64,000 bases of DNA from sequence record NC_027399.1, one strand, 5' to 3'. How positions within the stretch are numbered: position 1 is the first letter of the stretch; the number at the start of each line of letters is the position of its first letter. The notes under the pieces are model-generated. The model was given only the letters and a program-made list of their open reading frames with translations, was not told the origin of the DNA and did no database searches. Below are positions 63,001-64,000 of this stretch, in pieces. Both the position numbers and the translations under genes were made by a program.

Positions 63001-63520
63001 CTGGATTGCCAAACTGGTTGGTACTCACAAAAACATTGTTCATAACCAGAATAAAGTTCTCGTACCAGTTAGGATCAGTAGGGTCATTCCATCTAATCGT
63101 TTTATCTTTAAGTGATTTATTAAAACTATTTCGTACATCCTGGTTTGTTTTTATTTCAGTGACTTTAGCTAATGCACGACCTGGATATGAACGCCTTGGA
63201 GCATAAGAGATCATTTTAGCAAGTTTAAGTACCGAAGCCCTGCGGGTTGCAGTATCCATAAAGTTTTCACGAGTGTTCATGTCCATACGAAATGCAAGGT
63301 TTTGACCAAGCATGGCAATCGTGTCCAGAATGAATAAAAATTCATCATTTGCAATCCAGTCATTGAATGTATCAGGATAGTTAGTACTAAGATAGTCAAC
63401 CATACTTTGACGTATACTATCGAAATCATATGAATTCAATGAAATTTGATAAAAACTTTCATATATTTGCGACCAGTCTTCACCAGCGTATAAATTAGAT
63501 TGTCTTCTTTGCTGAGACAT
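60056..63520 (-). CDS. baseplate wedge protein (T4 gp6-like)
   Basis: DFDSIRQSMVDYL, FNDW, RENFMDTATRRASVLKLAKMISY, QNRFVNGEDY. Confidence 0.88.
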   Translation of the reverse strand: MSQQRRQSNLYAGEDWSQIYESFYQISLNSYDFDSIRQSMVDYLSTNYPDTFNDWIANDEFLFILDTIAMLGQNLAFRMDMNTRENFMDTATRRASVLKLAKMISYAPRRSYPGRALAKVTEIKTNQDVRNSFNKSLKDKTIRWNDPTDPNWYENFILVMNNVFVSTNQFGNPVKKTNVNGLSTHLYKMNTNQMQSPAIPFSANVNGESMKFEVVNPDISSSGVDERHPEPQEQKYIIYQNDGNGFNSINTGFFVYFKQGTLSKQDFDYSVSIENRLQDINVNNINETDVWVQEINQDGLVRTKWTKVPAMESVAYNSVDRKKQTIFAVTTRDNDQISIKFPDSRSGVVPRGTFRTWYRVSNGMTYSIKTTDIQNKSIKYQYRTNAQSNYEQSILEVKFTLQYESSRAQSAETLEQIKARAPQLYYTQNRFVNGEDYDIAPLSQGNLVQKAKAINRIYSGQSRFIDINDPTGKYQNTDVFSDDGSMYKDKVTYKNTVSLPTSKPNASIVVDSIQPLIGENAVIQKYQSYPSNTVTLELRNIWTPEYNSNYTNNTYGKILDSTGKTLYDYQVGTLILFTDGNTTIWSSITNVLENGYYILSTTVPTSMYIQEYIKPYRISFNSVEIQSISAELDKKTDFVLIYDTSISRWVPVEISTDEEEISYQGITVPVMVNIKYTSESWSFESNGIEYIFVGGSKVRFYFVNPNKINDINSGTVQNDKITILSSNTTDTSNLGLSSDIQFQIIDNIEQDNGYIDGSRVVISSTKIDTNGIPLEPNQFSNIVPDWESTDLKKYGAILIFQQNEDFTVEALNLPDDDFTLLDSSWKYTNSDALAETNAYKRKEFTRNVEIRSTLLSDLFNKGSGFVIGFAYNDNYYFIEQNVGNNNDRLNNLITNMTSSDDTSAITPETAFYRAIMNNGSSDVDENQKLSYYGYDDVSTQYDVKVGARSGVYFHWKHYAPDDNRIDPSKTNLIDMYVLTTSYHDEVQLWIKNGASGTIPKPPTSVELKQTFSDVELRSVISDSLIWHSARYLPLFGDSADESYRADFKVVPLPNTTMSDDEIRQNVISLCNEYFSIDNWDFGESFYYTDLCTYIQSNLGRYISTIVIVSQNPDSKFGSLFEIPSQSDQIFISTATVDNVQIVKSLAKTNINIGS

Positions 63521-63738
63521 ATATGTTATTCCTTTAAAATTATGTTGAATGTATTTTTAAAGTGCTGTATAAGTACTGAAATATGATTTTCATCATATCT
63601 AATTCTCAATAGTCATTCTTTATACACGTAATTATGTTTTCTAATGATTCATTATTACTTTGGTATTGTAAATTGATTCATTTAACCATATAAAATACTA
63701 TCCAGTACTATATTCTATGAAGATATTTATAAAATAAT

Positions 63739-63761
63739 AAAGGCTCCATATCGGAGCCTTT
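63739..63761 (-). terminator. intrinsic terminator
   Basis: AAAGGCTCC-atatc-GGAGCCTTT. Confidence 0.75.
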
Positions 63762-63768
63762 AATGTTA

Positions 63769-64000
63769 TTATGAAACAACATAAGATGACATTTTATCAG
63801 TGTTTCTGTTATCAAATACCATACGAAGAGTTTCAACTGAATTTAGAATTACATACTTCAGTTGTAATTCAACTACATAACCGTAATCAATTTTTTCGGC
63901 CGCAATATTCAATAGTTCAACTCTTGGTTCTTCATACACAATTCTCCTACAGTCAGCTTCAATAAGATTGAGTGTGTTGTAGCTATCCAGTGAGAAGATT
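63769..64000 (-). CDS. baseplate gp25-like protein, 3' part (truncated by window edge)
   Basis: Own translation: IFSLDSYNTLNLIEADCRRIVYEEPRVELL...GYVVELQLKY..VETLRMVFDNRN..*. Confidence 0.75.
   Translation of the reverse strand, partial: IFSLDSYNTLNLIEADCRRIVYEEPRVELLNIAAEKIDYGYVVELQLKYVILNSVETLRMVFDNRNTDKMSSYVVS

Noticed and set aside
63771-63965. 64-aa plus-strand ORF
   Set aside because: Antisense to a recognisable gp25-like reading frame on the minus strand

Overview
AT-rich 64-kb segment of a T4-related jumbo myovirus. Gene content and order resemble the RaK2/GAP32/121Q-type giant enterobacterial phages, an assignment inferred from protein motifs without a database search. Region 1-18.8 kb is an accessory/metabolic block: Pol-beta/RlaP-like nucleotidyltransferase, 2OG-Fe(II) oxygenase-like, ACP-like, i/o-spanins, HNH, Dps-like, thymidine kinase, 2H phosphoesterase, LysM endolysin, CCA-adding enzyme, NUDIX, glutaredoxin, macrodomain and Pth2-like. 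Region 18.8-32.8 kb is a + strand virion block: gp13 neck, homing endonuclease, dNMP kinase, sheath, three tube-like genes, gp4 and acidic proteins. Region 33-38.7 kb is an early block with a MoxR ATPase, a vWA metallopeptidase and thymidylate synthase. Region 38.7-64 kb is mostly - strand structural genes (fibre-like proteins, gp15, gp14, a 3.3k-aa baseplate protein, gp6, partial gp25) plus a ClpA-like ATPase. No tRNA or CRISPR array was seen. The most unusual signals are: (1) a roughly 480-nt promoter-driven, densely base-paired non-coding RNA candidate at 6807-7295, followed by an origin/packaging-like repeat region; (2) about 10-fold over-representation of the palindrome AGTACT wherever counted; (3) an attenuator-like bistable leader on the endolysin gene; (4) degenerate ACP-like and Pth2-like proteins within a tRNA-repair/counter-defence-type gene set.
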